Assembly (NCBI GenBank): GCA_016839555.1
Contig: JAEOUA010000006.1
Coordinates: 1 to 64,000, forward strand
Length of the DNA: 64,000 bases
Reading direction: 5' to 3'
Source of the DNA: Promethearchaeota archaeon
GTDB lineage: Archaea; Asgardarchaeota; Lokiarchaeia; Sigyniarchaeales; SOKP01
Part shown: one piece after another, positions 1 to 10,414 of the stretch
How the letters are laid out: every line of letters begins with the position of its first letter
Numbering within the stretch: position 1 is the stretch's first letter
Notes under the pieces: model-generated
Databases searched by the model: none
What the model was told of the DNA's origin: nothing
What the model saw: the letters and a program-made list of their open reading frames with translations, nothing else
Made by a program: the position numbers and the translations under genes

Positions 1-477
1 AATAATGATACTTATGATGATTTCCTCATCGGAGCACCAAATGTTGCGACCGAGGCGGGAAAAGTGTATCTTATTTTTGGGAATGAATCAGACTATTTTT
101 CAAAGAATGTGAATCTGACGAATGCAGATGCCTCCTTTATTGGAGAAGCATTAATGGATGAAGCAGGATATTCAATTGCGGGCGCAGGTGATGTCAATAA
201 TGATGGTTATGATGATTTCCTCATTGGGGCATGTAAGAATTGTGATGGTGGCATTGAATCGGGAAAAGTCTATTTAATTTTTCCTTCCAAAACATTTACT
301 TCCTCTTTCTTCTCCCTTTTACTATTACTTTCGTCCCCCTCTACGGAAGAGGCAATTCCAACTTTTCCTCCACTGATTTTAATCCCAATAACTTTAGGTT
401 CAATTATAATTGGGGCGCTATATCAATTTAGAAAGAAATTAAGAACTATATTCGCTTATGAGTGGATGAAACAATAA
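1..477 (+). CDS. FG-GAP (integrin-alpha-like beta-propeller) repeat surface protein, C-terminal part with membrane anchor; 5' partial
   Basis: The frame is open from base 1 (NNDTYDDFLIGAPN..AGKVYLIFG). A second repeat follows (AGYSIAGAGDVNNDGYDDFLIGA..GKVYLIF), then a C-terminal hydrophobic helix and basic RKKLR. Confidence 0.85.
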   Translation, partial: NNDTYDDFLIGAPNVATEAGKVYLIFGNESDYFSKNVNLTNADASFIGEALMDEAGYSIAGAGDVNNDGYDDFLIGACKNCDGGIESGKVYLIFPSKTFTSSFFSLLLLLSSPSTEEAIPTFPPLILIPITLGSIIIGALYQFRKKLRTIFAYEWMKQ

Positions 478-756
478 GATAAATTATATCTCCAAATCTT
501 TTTTTTTTTTATCTTTTCTTTAGATATTATAAAAATAATAAAAGTACAAAATTTAATTGATGATGCTGTTTTAACTCAAGTAAAAATTTCCAACTTAAAT
601 CTCACAGAATATATAAAAAATAATAATTCAAATAGTTTCTTTAAAAAGGTGGGTACAGAGTTAATAACTTGACCAACGGGATGCAATGTAAATAATATAG
701 TTATAATCTTACTTGAGAATTAAAAAAATAAAATCTTCAAATTAGTTCCATTTTTA

Positions 757-1509
757 CTATTCAAGCTTATTCTTTATAATATCCTTTAACTCTTGAGCAT
801 TTTCAATTGCCCAGCCATACACATCATTATTGAAATAAACGAATATCGTAAGATCTTCTTCTAACCAATTGACTATCTTTTTGCCCCATTGTTCAAGATG
901 CTCTTTGGTATATTTACCATAATAATTACCGTGGGGACCATGAAATCTTATATATATAAAGTCTGCGGTAATTTTCTGAGGAAAAAATTCACCAGAAATA
1001 TCATGGAAACATAATGCTATATTATTATTGTTAAATAAATCATATATTTTATCAACATACCAGCTTGAATTCCTTAATTCGAAAGCATATACAAATTGAG
1101 CAGGAAGAATTTTAATAAATCGTTTTATTCTTTCAAAATTCAAATTCCACTGAGGAGGAAGCTGAAATAAGATCGGCCCTAATTTTTTTTCCATATTGCG
1201 AATTTTATTAATGAAATTATTAACGGGCTCTTTTCCATCTTTTAAGTTTTTCATGTGAGTGATATAGCGATTAGCCTTGAGAGCAAATATAAAATCTTTG
1301 GGTGTTTGATCTCTCCAATTTTCTACAATTTTTTTATCTGGAAGTTTATAAAAAGTATTATTAACTTCTACCGTTCGAAACGTTTTTGAATAGTAGTTCA
1401 ACATATCTTTATTATCAATATCTTCTAGATAAAATGTTTTCTTCCAATGTTTATACATCCACCCAGAAGTCCCTATGAAGAAATTCTCTTTTTGCGAATT
1501 TTTAATCAT
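757..1509 (-). CDS. DUF72 (YecE-like) protein
   Basis: IGTSGW, VEVNNTFY, FALKANRYITH, LFQLPP, YIRFHG and YFNND motifs. Confidence 0.92.
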   Translation of the reverse strand: MIKNSQKENFFIGTSGWMYKHWKKTFYLEDIDNKDMLNYYSKTFRTVEVNNTFYKLPDKKIVENWRDQTPKDFIFALKANRYITHMKNLKDGKEPVNNFINKIRNMEKKLGPILFQLPPQWNLNFERIKRFIKILPAQFVYAFELRNSSWYVDKIYDLFNNNNIALCFHDISGEFFPQKITADFIYIRFHGPHGNYYGKYTKEHLEQWGKKIVNWLEEDLTIFVYFNNDVYGWAIENAQELKDIIKNKLE

Positions 1510-1611
1510 TTTTCAAGAAAAAGAAATATTTTTTTTTACTTAAATAAAACCATATTAATTACTAAATTATTTAGAGCCCATAAACTTTAATTAAATGGGA
1601 TTTAGTATGAA

Positions 1612-2826
1612 TTATTTTATGATATCCTCTAATTCTTTAATATCTTTTTTCTTTCTTTCTATTTTAACTTTTAATTCATCTAAAGCTTTATTTTTAGCAA
1701 ACTCGTAAGGGGAAATGTGTTTCTCAGAGGCTTTTTCTAATATATTTAGGGCTGTTTCCAAAATTCGTGACTTAATATGCTCATCAATGCTAATATTAGC
1801 TTCTACCTTTTTTCTAGTTGATAATGCTAAAATATCACCCGAACTTGATATAAAATCAGGAAAAGCCAATATTTTTCTTTCATACAGCTCTGAAATTATT
1901 TCCTCTTCATAAGGTATATTAATAGCAGGAATTATTGCTTTTGCATTAATTTTTTCAATATTATCTTTATTAATCGAATTGGGTCGAGCACCAGGAATCA
2001 TGAAGTCAATTGAATAATCAGAAGACAATTCAAATAATTTTTCTTTCGGAAGTTTTATGAGATTTTGACTTTCATAATAATTTATGAAGTTATCCCCATG
2101 TTCTTTTTTTAAATCTAATAATTGATCTATATTTAACCCATCCTCATCAAAAACAGCTCCTTCTAATGTGGATATACCCAAAAGTTTATGTCCAAAATTT
2201 TTCAACCATTTAGCAACCTCTCTTTCGGCTCTCCCAAAACCTTCCATTAGAATTGTTATTGGGTCGTTCCATTTAATTTCATTATCTATTATTTTAAATT
2301 TATCCAAATTTTGATGAATTATATTCAAACAATTTGAAACACTTATGCCTATATATTTTTTTTTTAAAGCAATATCATACTTAAAAATACCAATTTTACG
2401 TGATATCAATTCTGGCCTACCAGATATTTTAAATATTTGTTCTATATCTGTATGTTTACTTCCTAGACCTGGTTCAGGATAAAAAATATCTTCTTTAATT
2501 AAATATCTTATTTGTTCCCCAAAGCTCGCAATATAGAGATTTTTTTCTTCACTCTGGGGATCAAAAACTAATCCCGCTGATGCGCCTCCTATTGGTATTT
2601 TAAAACTAGCAGCCTTTAATGACATTGACCTAGCTAATCGAATAATCTCATTTAAACTTAAATCTGGAGCAATGCGAAGATCTCCCATAGGAATACCATA
2701 TTTTGAATTATCGATAACAAGAAATGCTCGCAAATTTATTATTGGCTCTCGAAATATCATAACTTTTTCTGGACCAATCTCATCTAAGAGAATTTCATTT
2801 AAAGTAATATTACTCATTTTAATCAC
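1612..2826 (-). CDS. Glu/Leu/Phe/Val dehydrogenase homologue with degenerate active site
   Basis: GPEKV..LRAFLVIDN..G..RIAPD..RLARSMSLK..PIGGA and PDFI motifs are present. Catalytic GGGK appears as GGAS, PD as PG, and GFGxVG as GFGRAE. Confidence 0.8.
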   Translation of the reverse strand: MIKMSNITLNEILLDEIGPEKVMIFREPIINLRAFLVIDNSKYGIPMGDLRIAPDLSLNEIIRLARSMSLKAASFKIPIGGASAGLVFDPQSEEKNLYIASFGEQIRYLIKEDIFYPEPGLGSKHTDIEQIFKISGRPELISRKIGIFKYDIALKKKYIGISVSNCLNIIHQNLDKFKIIDNEIKWNDPITILMEGFGRAEREVAKWLKNFGHKLLGISTLEGAVFDEDGLNIDQLLDLKKEHGDNFINYYESQNLIKLPKEKLFELSSDYSIDFMIPGARPNSINKDNIEKINAKAIIPAINIPYEEEIISELYERKILAFPDFISSSGDILALSTRKKVEANISIDEHIKSRILETALNILEKASEKHISPYEFAKNKALDELKVKIERKKKDIKELEDIIK

Positions 2827-3132
2827 ATTTTTAAGCTCTTTTTTATCATTTTAGTTTATAAAAGTTATCTTCATCATAATCATTAGATCCCTTCTTTTCT
2901 TTAACAATAATCTTAAAAGAAAGACATAATAAAAAAATGTTGCAATTATAACTTATTGATTTCAATATTAATAATAGCAGAAAAAATTTTTTAAAATATT
3001 TTATTTAATCTTTTTTCTTCTAAAGGCTATAGATATATTCTTACATTATGAAATAAATAAAATTCCAAAGATCCTTCAAATCCGATAGCTAGCTCATTCT
3101 TTTTTTTCATAAATTTAATAATAAATATCCAT

Positions 3133-4401
3133 TCAGTAATAGGTCTCAGGAAACGAAGTTTTTTTAGGGAACAAAACGGAAATCAATGGTTTAGAAGAGT
3201 GCTTAATCATTGCATCTTTTAAAATGTATTTGATCTCTTCAAAATTTTTATCTCCTAAGAGTAATTTGTAAAGCATGGGGCCGGGTATCTGTACACCGCA
3301 GCTTAATTCTGCGGGATATTCTTTAACGGTTTGAAACCCAATAATTTTACCCTCCTCAAAATGAAGTTTAAATGTTTCCTGGTAATTACTGATACTGATG
3401 GTCTGCGAAAGGTTTCTATAGTCTGAATTTCGGATTCTTTCCTCTAATAAATTCTTAATTATGCGAAGATATCTCTCTATACTTGGGATTTTGACCTGCC
3501 ATCCGTAATCCTGATACTGATAGCCTCCTAATTGTAATATTAAATTAGACAAAATCGAATCATTTTGAAGGTCTAGATCTATTTCATTTTTACTGGTATC
3601 ATCATGAAAATCTTTTAGAAATTGAAGTAATTTAATACATTGATCTTCAGTTAAAGAGGAACTTCTAATCTTATAACCCGTTTTATCGTAAGTCATCCCT
3701 AAAGTAAAATAAGCCATATCTTTTCCCTCTTCTTCAATAATATACGTACTTGCCATAAGATCGGAAATATTAGAATTAAAATGTTTGAACGTGAATGATT
3801 CCTTCCAAAAAGCATTCCAAAATAAGAGGTTCTGATGATAATTTTCGTATTTTTCTTCAATAAATTCTAAATCCTGTAATGTAGCATTATGAATGATAAT
3901 AGATTTTAATGTTTGAGAAGGAATTATTGATTTGGGCAATATAAACCGATTATCGAGGGGAAATGAAAATTCATACCCCAATTTTCGATAAAAATAAGGA
4001 ATTCCTCTAAGTACCGAAAAAATATATCCTTTTTCCTGCATAATCTGTTCATAGATCGCATTTAATTCTCTTACTAAACCTCTTCTTCGATAAGATTCGG
4101 CGGTGCCAACAAAGCCCATTTCACAGATAGAAATCGACAGAGGTCCCATCCTCCACTCTAAAGGCAACAACGCAATACTGGAGACAATTTTTTCGGATTT
4201 TAAATCTTTAATATATAGCCAATATATATCCTTTCTTCTCGGATGACGAAAAAATATGTGGTTTAAATATTCTCGTATAGTTTCTTCATGAATACTGACA
4301 TTAAATTCTAGAATCTCCTCAAATTCTTTTTCGTGGTCAGTTGCAATGTGAAGTAGGAATCGATCGTTAATCTGAAAAGTGTCTCCTTTTGATATGACCA
4401 T
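3133..4401 (-). CDS. Eis-like GNAT acetyltransferase
   Basis: VGTAESYRRRGLVREL acetyl-CoA motif, GIPYFYRKLGYE, SCP2-like C-terminus; 422 aa. Confidence 0.85.
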   Translation of the reverse strand: MVISKGDTFQINDRFLLHIATDHEKEFEEILEFNVSIHEETIREYLNHIFFRHPRRKDIYWLYIKDLKSEKIVSSIALLPLEWRMGPLSISICEMGFVGTAESYRRRGLVRELNAIYEQIMQEKGYIFSVLRGIPYFYRKLGYEFSFPLDNRFILPKSIIPSQTLKSIIIHNATLQDLEFIEEKYENYHQNLLFWNAFWKESFTFKHFNSNISDLMASTYIIEEEGKDMAYFTLGMTYDKTGYKIRSSSLTEDQCIKLLQFLKDFHDDTSKNEIDLDLQNDSILSNLILQLGGYQYQDYGWQVKIPSIERYLRIIKNLLEERIRNSDYRNLSQTISISNYQETFKLHFEEGKIIGFQTVKEYPAELSCGVQIPGPMLYKLLLGDKNFEEIKYILKDAMIKHSSKPLISVLFPKKTSFPETYY

Positions 4402-4725
4402 GTTATTATTAATGATAACTTATTGATTATTTTTATGATATTTTAAGTATTAATAAGAATTTACTCGTCTTTTGGACGGAATAGATGAAAAAAAGCGAAA
4501 ATCTAATCAAATTAAAAAATAACTTTTTAATCTATTTCCATTCATCATTCCAAGTTATTGAATATTGTAAAAAGAAGGTTATTCTTTTATGATTCAAATG
4601 ATAATTAGGTTTCTACACGTACATTCATGAGCGATAATGAGATGGAATTTATACCAATGTAAACCTTCATGTCACTTATTAAAATCATCTTCCTTTCCTG
4701 AATCAATAAGACATCTTAAAATAGC

Positions 4726-5655
4726 TTATTTATAACAGAGAGAATACAATTCCTTATTTACAGTTCTAGACGATTTAACATCCTTTACCAATTGATTGAA
4801 ATCATCAATTATTCGTTTCATCTCTTCTTGAGCAGAATTGGCATGCCCCGATAATACAATTCGTCCGAAATCCGAATTTATAAGATTTTTTATCTTGCGA
4901 GCTATCAGTTTTTTCGGAAAATTTTTTAAATACTTATACTTTGAGGGGAGAATGGGAATTTTAAGCTCTTTTAGTGCCTTTAAATTTTCTTGGAATGCAA
5001 GTATAGATTTTTTGATAAGTTGATCCTCATTTCCAAGTATAGAACTTTTATTCCTTGCAGCCTTAGACCCCAAAGCAAGTGCAGATATTAACGCAGCGTG
5101 AGTTTTTAACCACGCATCAATACTTTTTGGTGTTTCTACTTTAATTTTAGACTCTTCTAAGACCTTCTTAATTTTTTGCACTCTTTTTGAGATTTGACCA
5201 TCAATTTCTCCCACATACAAAATACAATCTTCTACGTATGCGCTGATTACCTTTCCATCCTTTCTATAGCCTCCAGATCCTCCGAATCCTAATAAGATAC
5301 GGTTTTTCCCTAATGCTTGAGAATACTCCTTAGCACCGGTAACATTATTACCCACGAAAAGATAACTCGGAATTTTGGTGTTTTTAGCCAAAATTGGCAA
5401 AATATCACTCGTTTGATGGCGAGGCATAATGATAAATACTATATCATAATAATCCTCGGGACTTAGTAACTCGGTCACATCGATCTCTGTGTGATATTGC
5501 TTTTTAAAAAGCTCATCATGAATGATAATTCCATTGTTCCTTAATTGTTTTAAGCGTTCACCCCTCGCTAAGACAGTTATTTCATTTCCTCCAGATTTGA
5601 GCATGTATGCAAATATGGATCCAATAACTCCTGCTCCATAAATTAATATTTTCAT
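4726..5655 (-). CDS. ketopantoate reductase (PanE/ApbA) family oxidoreductase
   Basis: MKILIYGAGVIGS Rossmann motif, VLARG, AWLKTH. Confidence 0.85.
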   Translation of the reverse strand: MKILIYGAGVIGSIFAYMLKSGGNEITVLARGERLKQLRNNGIIIHDELFKKQYHTEIDVTELLSPEDYYDIVFIIMPRHQTSDILPILAKNTKIPSYLFVGNNVTGAKEYSQALGKNRILLGFGGSGGYRKDGKVISAYVEDCILYVGEIDGQISKRVQKIKKVLEESKIKVETPKSIDAWLKTHAALISALALGSKAARNKSSILGNEDQLIKKSILAFQENLKALKELKIPILPSKYKYLKNFPKKLIARKIKNLINSDFGRIVLSGHANSAQEEMKRIIDDFNQLVKDVKSSRTVNKELYSLCYK

Positions 5656-6025
5656 ATTTTAACTTTTTATATCTAATTTGTATATAATTAATTAGATGCA
5701 ACTAATATATAAATTTTATCCTCCTAATAGATTTAAAAAAAATAAAGATCAAAATATTTCTTCAATATTAAAATTTAATTGAAATAATTTCAATGAGATT
5801 TATTATTATGAATAAATTTAATAAATGATTTCTTAGTTTTCTATTTATTATTATATTGATACTACTATATCAAGATAGTGAATAATAGATTATATATTGT
5901 AAAATTAGAAGAGTTAAGAAAAGAAGGAAACTAAACTTTTTACTCTTTTTTAAATATAAATCTTAAAGAAATAGATATAAAAAATAGTATGAAGTGGTGA
6001 TGAGACTAGATGAAAAGGCAAAATA

Positions 6026-6868
6026 TCATTTTTTCAAGAACCCCCATATATCTTTTTGAACCTGCTTTAAATTGGATTGCACAAGATTATGACCATATCC
6101 TTTATATAATATTAATTCTGAATTAGGTATTCCTTCCGCGGTTGTTCTAACATCTTCAGCAGTATATCCAATATCTTCTTCTCCACTTAGTATTAAATTT
6201 GGAACTTTAATTTCCTTTAATCTATCTTTAAAATTCATCTCTCGATCTGCTTGAACCTCAATTAAGAAATCATTGGGATATTCAACTTCTCCTATAATTT
6301 TCTTCCCTATTAAACTGATAAAAAATTTAATAATACTTCTCCATAAGCGAGAAGTGAAAACTAAATCCATTATTGAGGCCAAAGCTTTTCCATATTTTTG
6401 TTGCTTAAAATATTCTGCTGCCTTTCTTTCGAATTCTACACCACGTTCGCTTAATCTATAAGCGGCAGAGATAATAATCAATTTTTTGACAACATCGGGA
6501 TGATCAGCAGCCAAATAGAGAGCAATTTGCCCTCCCGTCGAGACTCCCATTATATCAACAGGCTCTTTAAATTCTCGCCTAATGAGTTTCGCATAATCTT
6601 TTGCCATTTTATCCATCAAATAATTCTCTGGTAAGTTAGGTCTCCGTCCAATTAAATATACCGTATATTCTGAGGTGAATGCTTTAGCTGATTTTATGAA
6701 TTGTTTTAGCATAAAACCTGATGGGGGTTCATGTTTGAATGATAAAGCTTCAATATTTACCATTATCTTAGGTTTATCTCCCATTCGAGCATATGGAAGT
6801 CCATCCTTAAAAAAGCCTGTTTCTACATTATATTTCTGCTTTATTTTTTTATCTTTATCCTTTTTCAT
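6026..6868 (-). CDS. alpha/beta hydrolase
   Basis: GVSTGG nucleophile elbow, ILSGEED, GYGH. Start taken at the ATG of MKKDKD; the ORF extends to 6898. Confidence 0.85.
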   Translation of the reverse strand: MKKDKDKKIKQKYNVETGFFKDGLPYARMGDKPKIMVNIEALSFKHEPPSGFMLKQFIKSAKAFTSEYTVYLIGRRPNLPENYLMDKMAKDYAKLIRREFKEPVDIMGVSTGGQIALYLAADHPDVVKKLIIISAAYRLSERGVEFERKAAEYFKQQKYGKALASIMDLVFTSRLWRSIIKFFISLIGKKIIGEVEYPNDFLIEVQADREMNFKDRLKEIKVPNLILSGEEDIGYTAEDVRTTAEGIPNSELILYKGYGHNLVQSNLKQVQKDIWGFLKK

Positions 6869-6928
6869 AGTTGATTCAAAATTCATAAAAGTTTTCAATT
6901 TTATTTCAAATTTTTTCTTAATAAATGT

Positions 6929-8383
6929 TTATAACCAATCTTCTATTTTGTTTAAACTATTTTTTTGATATTTCTTTTTTAAATTACCGAGTAATTTTAT
7001 AACTTTCTTTGGCTGTTTAGATTTTATTAGTTCAATTAGTTTTTCTCTATCGTCTTTTTTATAATTTATAGGATAGGTTTCAATTAATTCTCTTACTTGA
7101 GTTAATCCTAAATATTTTCTAGTATATTCTGCATTAGAATATTTATAGGTAGTTAAAAATTCGCTATCTAATTTCTTCCTAAAATATTCTAACATCAAAT
7201 TGAAATAGTTTTTCAATAAAACTTGATCTTGCGAAGAAATAATAGGTGTCAAAAAGATTTGAATAGGAGACGTACGATAGGTTGCTTTTGATACATAAAT
7301 TCCATCCACATTAAAATCCTCTTTAATAAAATTTAATCCTACTCTTCTATCTAATGAGCCCGTATCCACAGTTCTAATATAGAGAAGATTTGATTTGACT
7401 TGTTCCTTTAAATAGTTATTTACTTTAAGTACTTTTCTTTTATAGGTATTAGATACATATTCATTGGTATCAATAACTTCAATTTCATTTTCTCCTTTAT
7501 TTCCTTCGACTTCTTTATGTCTCAAATAATATTTCACGACTAAAGGGTTAAAGACCTTAAATTTTTTTGCGAATTCATCGAATTCTGCCCCACCACGATA
7601 TTTAAATTCGGGAGATAAATTATATTTTCGTTCGAGAATTTTATTATTTTTCTTGAATTTAATGCCCGTAAATTTCTGAGGATTAGCATTTTGGGATTTC
7701 TTTCTCTGAAAGAAGCCAATACAAATATTTGTACCAGTAAAATCAAAAATTTGAGTTTCAAAAATTAACATTTTTACTATGTTATAATATTTAAGGAAAT
7801 CCATACGAAACTTATTTGAAACTGAGGCCCCAAAAATAAAGTTCGAGGGAATTATATATATCAGATTTTTGAGCCTATTTCTTAAATCATTGATCATTGC
7901 AATTTGATAGAGATCCTGATAACCCTCGTTTTCGTTTTCAAAATATTTTAAATGCGTTTTTGTCTCTTCATGTTTTCTTATATATCCTAAATATAAATAG
8001 GGGGGATTAGTTATGTGATACAGCGGATAATGAGTTTTTTTTAATTTTTTTGGAAAACTATCCAAATTATCTCTGCGAACGATATTTTCTTCAGCTATTT
8101 CTACAGGAATTTTATAGGACTGCGCTTTTTTTATGCATTTTTGAATCATTTGCTGTTGAATATCTGATAAATAAATATGTTCTTTGAAAAAATCTAATCT
8201 CTCAGCAATAGGAATCTTTTCTAAAATGGGGAAAATTAAATTTCCCTCTCCACAATAAAGATCCATCCATGTATATTCGTAAAGTATATCTTTTATTTCT
8301 GGATAGATATAAGATAAAAAGGTATCTTGAGGCGTTAAATGAATGCCTAAAGCCCTTCGATTAGGATTTTTTTCTTTTGAAAT
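6929..8383 (-). CDS. amino (N6-A/N4-C) DNA methyltransferase, probably starting at an ATT codon
   Basis: Motif I DLYCGEGN, motif IV HITNPPY, YIIPSNF. The frame stays open 5' of ATG 8266, carrying motif-X-like ALGIHLTP up to ATT 8383; an in-frame TAG lies just upstream. Confidence 0.8.
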   Translation of the reverse strand: MSKEKNPNRRALGIHLTPQDTFLSYIYPEIKDILYEYTWMDLYCGEGNLIFPILEKIPIAERLDFFKEHIYLSDIQQQMIQKCIKKAQSYKIPVEIAEENIVRRDNLDSFPKKLKKTHYPLYHITNPPYLYLGYIRKHEETKTHLKYFENENEGYQDLYQIAMINDLRNRLKNLIYIIPSNFIFGASVSNKFRMDFLKYYNIVKMLIFETQIFDFTGTNICIGFFQRKKSQNANPQKFTGIKFKKNNKILERKYNLSPEFKYRGGAEFDEFAKKFKVFNPLVVKYYLRHKEVEGNKGENEIEVIDTNEYVSNTYKRKVLKVNNYLKEQVKSNLLYIRTVDTGSLDRRVGLNFIKEDFNVDGIYVSKATYRTSPIQIFLTPIISSQDQVLLKNYFNLMLEYFRKKLDSEFLTTYKYSNAEYTRKYLGLTQVRELIETYPINYKKDDREKLIELIKSKQPKKVIKLLGNLKKKYQKNSLNKIEDWL

Positions 8384-8578
8384 TTTTTTCTCCCGTCCTT
8401 TCTATTATAATTCCATTAAAATTGATTTAGACAAATATTTGCTTTATTAACTGTAGATAGATCTAACTTATTCTTGAAGTTATATTATTTGTATAGTATT
8501 AATTCAATTTATTTTTATGATGATACCGAATTAATAGTGAACTTTTTTCAATACCTTAATAATTTTATATTAGTAAAT

Positions 8579-10144
8579 ATGGTTGAATCAGAAAAGGAAG
8601 AAAAAATTACATTAGATAAAGAAAAAGATTTAGGACTGGTTATAACTCCACCCAAAACAGCCAATTATATTTTATCAAGATTGAGTCCCTTTGAAAAGTA
8701 TGAAAAAATTTTAGACCCCTGCGTGGGACCGGGTATATTCATCGAGTGTTTATTAGAGGCAGGAGTTAATAAGCAAAATATCTATTGTTATGATATTAAT
8801 CCAGATTATAAAAGAACATTGGAAAAAATGGGAATTAATTTTGAACTAAAAGATTATTTATTATCCTTTACCCCATTATTAGCTAATCAATTTGATGTGA
8901 TTCTCGGGAATCCTCCATATTTAAATAAAGCGAGTGCATACGTTAGAAAACATCGAAATAAATTAAAAAATATTTATGGAAAAATTAACGCCCATGAGAC
9001 TTACTCAATGTTTATTGTAAGCAGCATTTGGAGATTAAAAAATGGGGGCAGATTAGGATTTATCACTAGCGATTCCTTTCTCACCTTAAAAACTCATCAG
9101 AAATTAAGAATATTCATATTAAATACCTGTAAAATAAAGGAAATTCTTATAACTCCCCAAAATCTATTTGATAATCAAAATGTGAGTACAAATACCGTAA
9201 TTCTCATATTAGAGAAATGTTTTGGAAAAAAGAAAGCTTCAGAAAGGATGAATAATATCATGAGAATCATCCTACAGGTTAATAGCGAAGATGAATATTC
9301 AAATCCTAAAAAAATCAATAAGATTATCCAGAAAAAATATTATTCCCTTCCTTTTAATATCTTTTTCACCGATGTGGATGAGGAGGTTATAAATTTATTT
9401 GAAAACTCGTCTAAATTTGAAAAATATGTTAAAGGATATATAGGAATGCATACTCATAATAACCGAAAGTATATAGCTGCAATAGAAGGGACAGATTTAG
9501 CCGAAATTTTTAGAAAAAGGAATGAGAAAATAGAGGATCCTAATAAAAAGTATAAGATTATTAGCATTAAGGAATTCAAATCGGGAGAGTGGAAACCGTA
9601 TCTAAAGCGCGGAGGAGCAGATCAGTATTATAGACCAATTATGGAAGCCTTAGATTGGAGAGAAAAATCAATAAAAATCTATGATATACCTTCTAATGCT
9701 CCTTTTGAAAAAGAAGGAATAGTTATTAGCGGGGTAAGCTCAAGATTAGCCGCACGATATATGCCTGATGGTTGTTATTGGGATTCAAACAAGGCAATTG
9801 GCTTTATCATAAAAGATGATTCAATTTCAATTGAATATGCCTTAGGGCTCCTAAATAGCTCTCTGTATAATTACTTAATGAATGGGATTATTAATAATAC
9901 TAACAGCATCCAATTAACGGGAATACACGCGCTCCCTTTTATAATGCCTGATGATGAGTTAAAAGCCAATATAGAAGTGTTGGTAAAAAAGATCATTCAG
10001 GGATTGAAAGAAGATCCATCTTTTAATTATATCTCTCAACAACAACAAATTAATGAGATAATTTTTAATTTTTATCAGAAGAAATTTAATTTCAGCATTA
10101 AGCTTAAAGAGAAATTAGATAATCATTTCTCTATTTATTCATAA
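8579..10144 (+). CDS. gamma-class N6-adenine DNA methyltransferase (TaqI/Eco57I-like) with C-terminal TRD
   Basis: LGLVITPP (X), KILDPCVGPGIF (I), DVILGNPPY (IV), LKNGGRLGFIT, and a C-terminal LGLLNSSL..LPF TRD-like segment. ATG 8579 preferred over TTG 8474. Confidence 0.88.
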   Translation: MVESEKEEKITLDKEKDLGLVITPPKTANYILSRLSPFEKYEKILDPCVGPGIFIECLLEAGVNKQNIYCYDINPDYKRTLEKMGINFELKDYLLSFTPLLANQFDVILGNPPYLNKASAYVRKHRNKLKNIYGKINAHETYSMFIVSSIWRLKNGGRLGFITSDSFLTLKTHQKLRIFILNTCKIKEILITPQNLFDNQNVSTNTVILILEKCFGKKKASERMNNIMRIILQVNSEDEYSNPKKINKIIQKKYYSLPFNIFFTDVDEEVINLFENSSKFEKYVKGYIGMHTHNNRKYIAAIEGTDLAEIFRKRNEKIEDPNKKYKIISIKEFKSGEWKPYLKRGGADQYYRPIMEALDWREKSIKIYDIPSNAPFEKEGIVISGVSSRLAARYMPDGCYWDSNKAIGFIIKDDSISIEYALGLLNSSLYNYLMNGIINNTNSIQLTGIHALPFIMPDDELKANIEVLVKKIIQGLKEDPSFNYISQQQQINEIIFNFYQKKFNFSIKLKEKLDNHFSIYS

Positions 10145-10210
10145 ATTTCACTTTTTTTATAATTAGATTATAGTAAGACAAAAATTATTATGTGAATATA
10201 TATCTTTCAC

Positions 10211-10230
10211 CGTGAAACTCAGCTTTCACG
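10211..10230. other. 7-bp-stem inverted repeat between convergent genes (terminator or IS-end relic)
   Basis: CGTGAAA-ctcagc-TTTCACG. Confidence 0.3.
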
Positions 10231-10414
10231 AGGATTCTAGGTCTCATTTAGGTATAAGTTTAAATAAAAATTGTAAAATCCAAATATTGGATAGTAAATA
10301 TAGTTTTACTGTATTTTCTCAGTATAAAACAAATTAATAAAAAAAATGGTGATAAAAAAGATTGGTTTTAAAGCAAAACCCAAATAGGAGGGTAATCGTG
10401 AATTATTAGAACAA

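Noticed and set aside
4540-4720. Possible gene relic between the GNAT and ketopantoate reductase genes
   Set aside because: The composition looks coding-like, but the frames I translated had stops and no recognisable motif.
10195-10300. IS200/IS605 or MITE element at the CGTGAAA hairpin
   Set aside because: There is only a 7-bp stem, with no transposase/TnpB remnant or second end recognisable; kept as a low-confidence hairpin.
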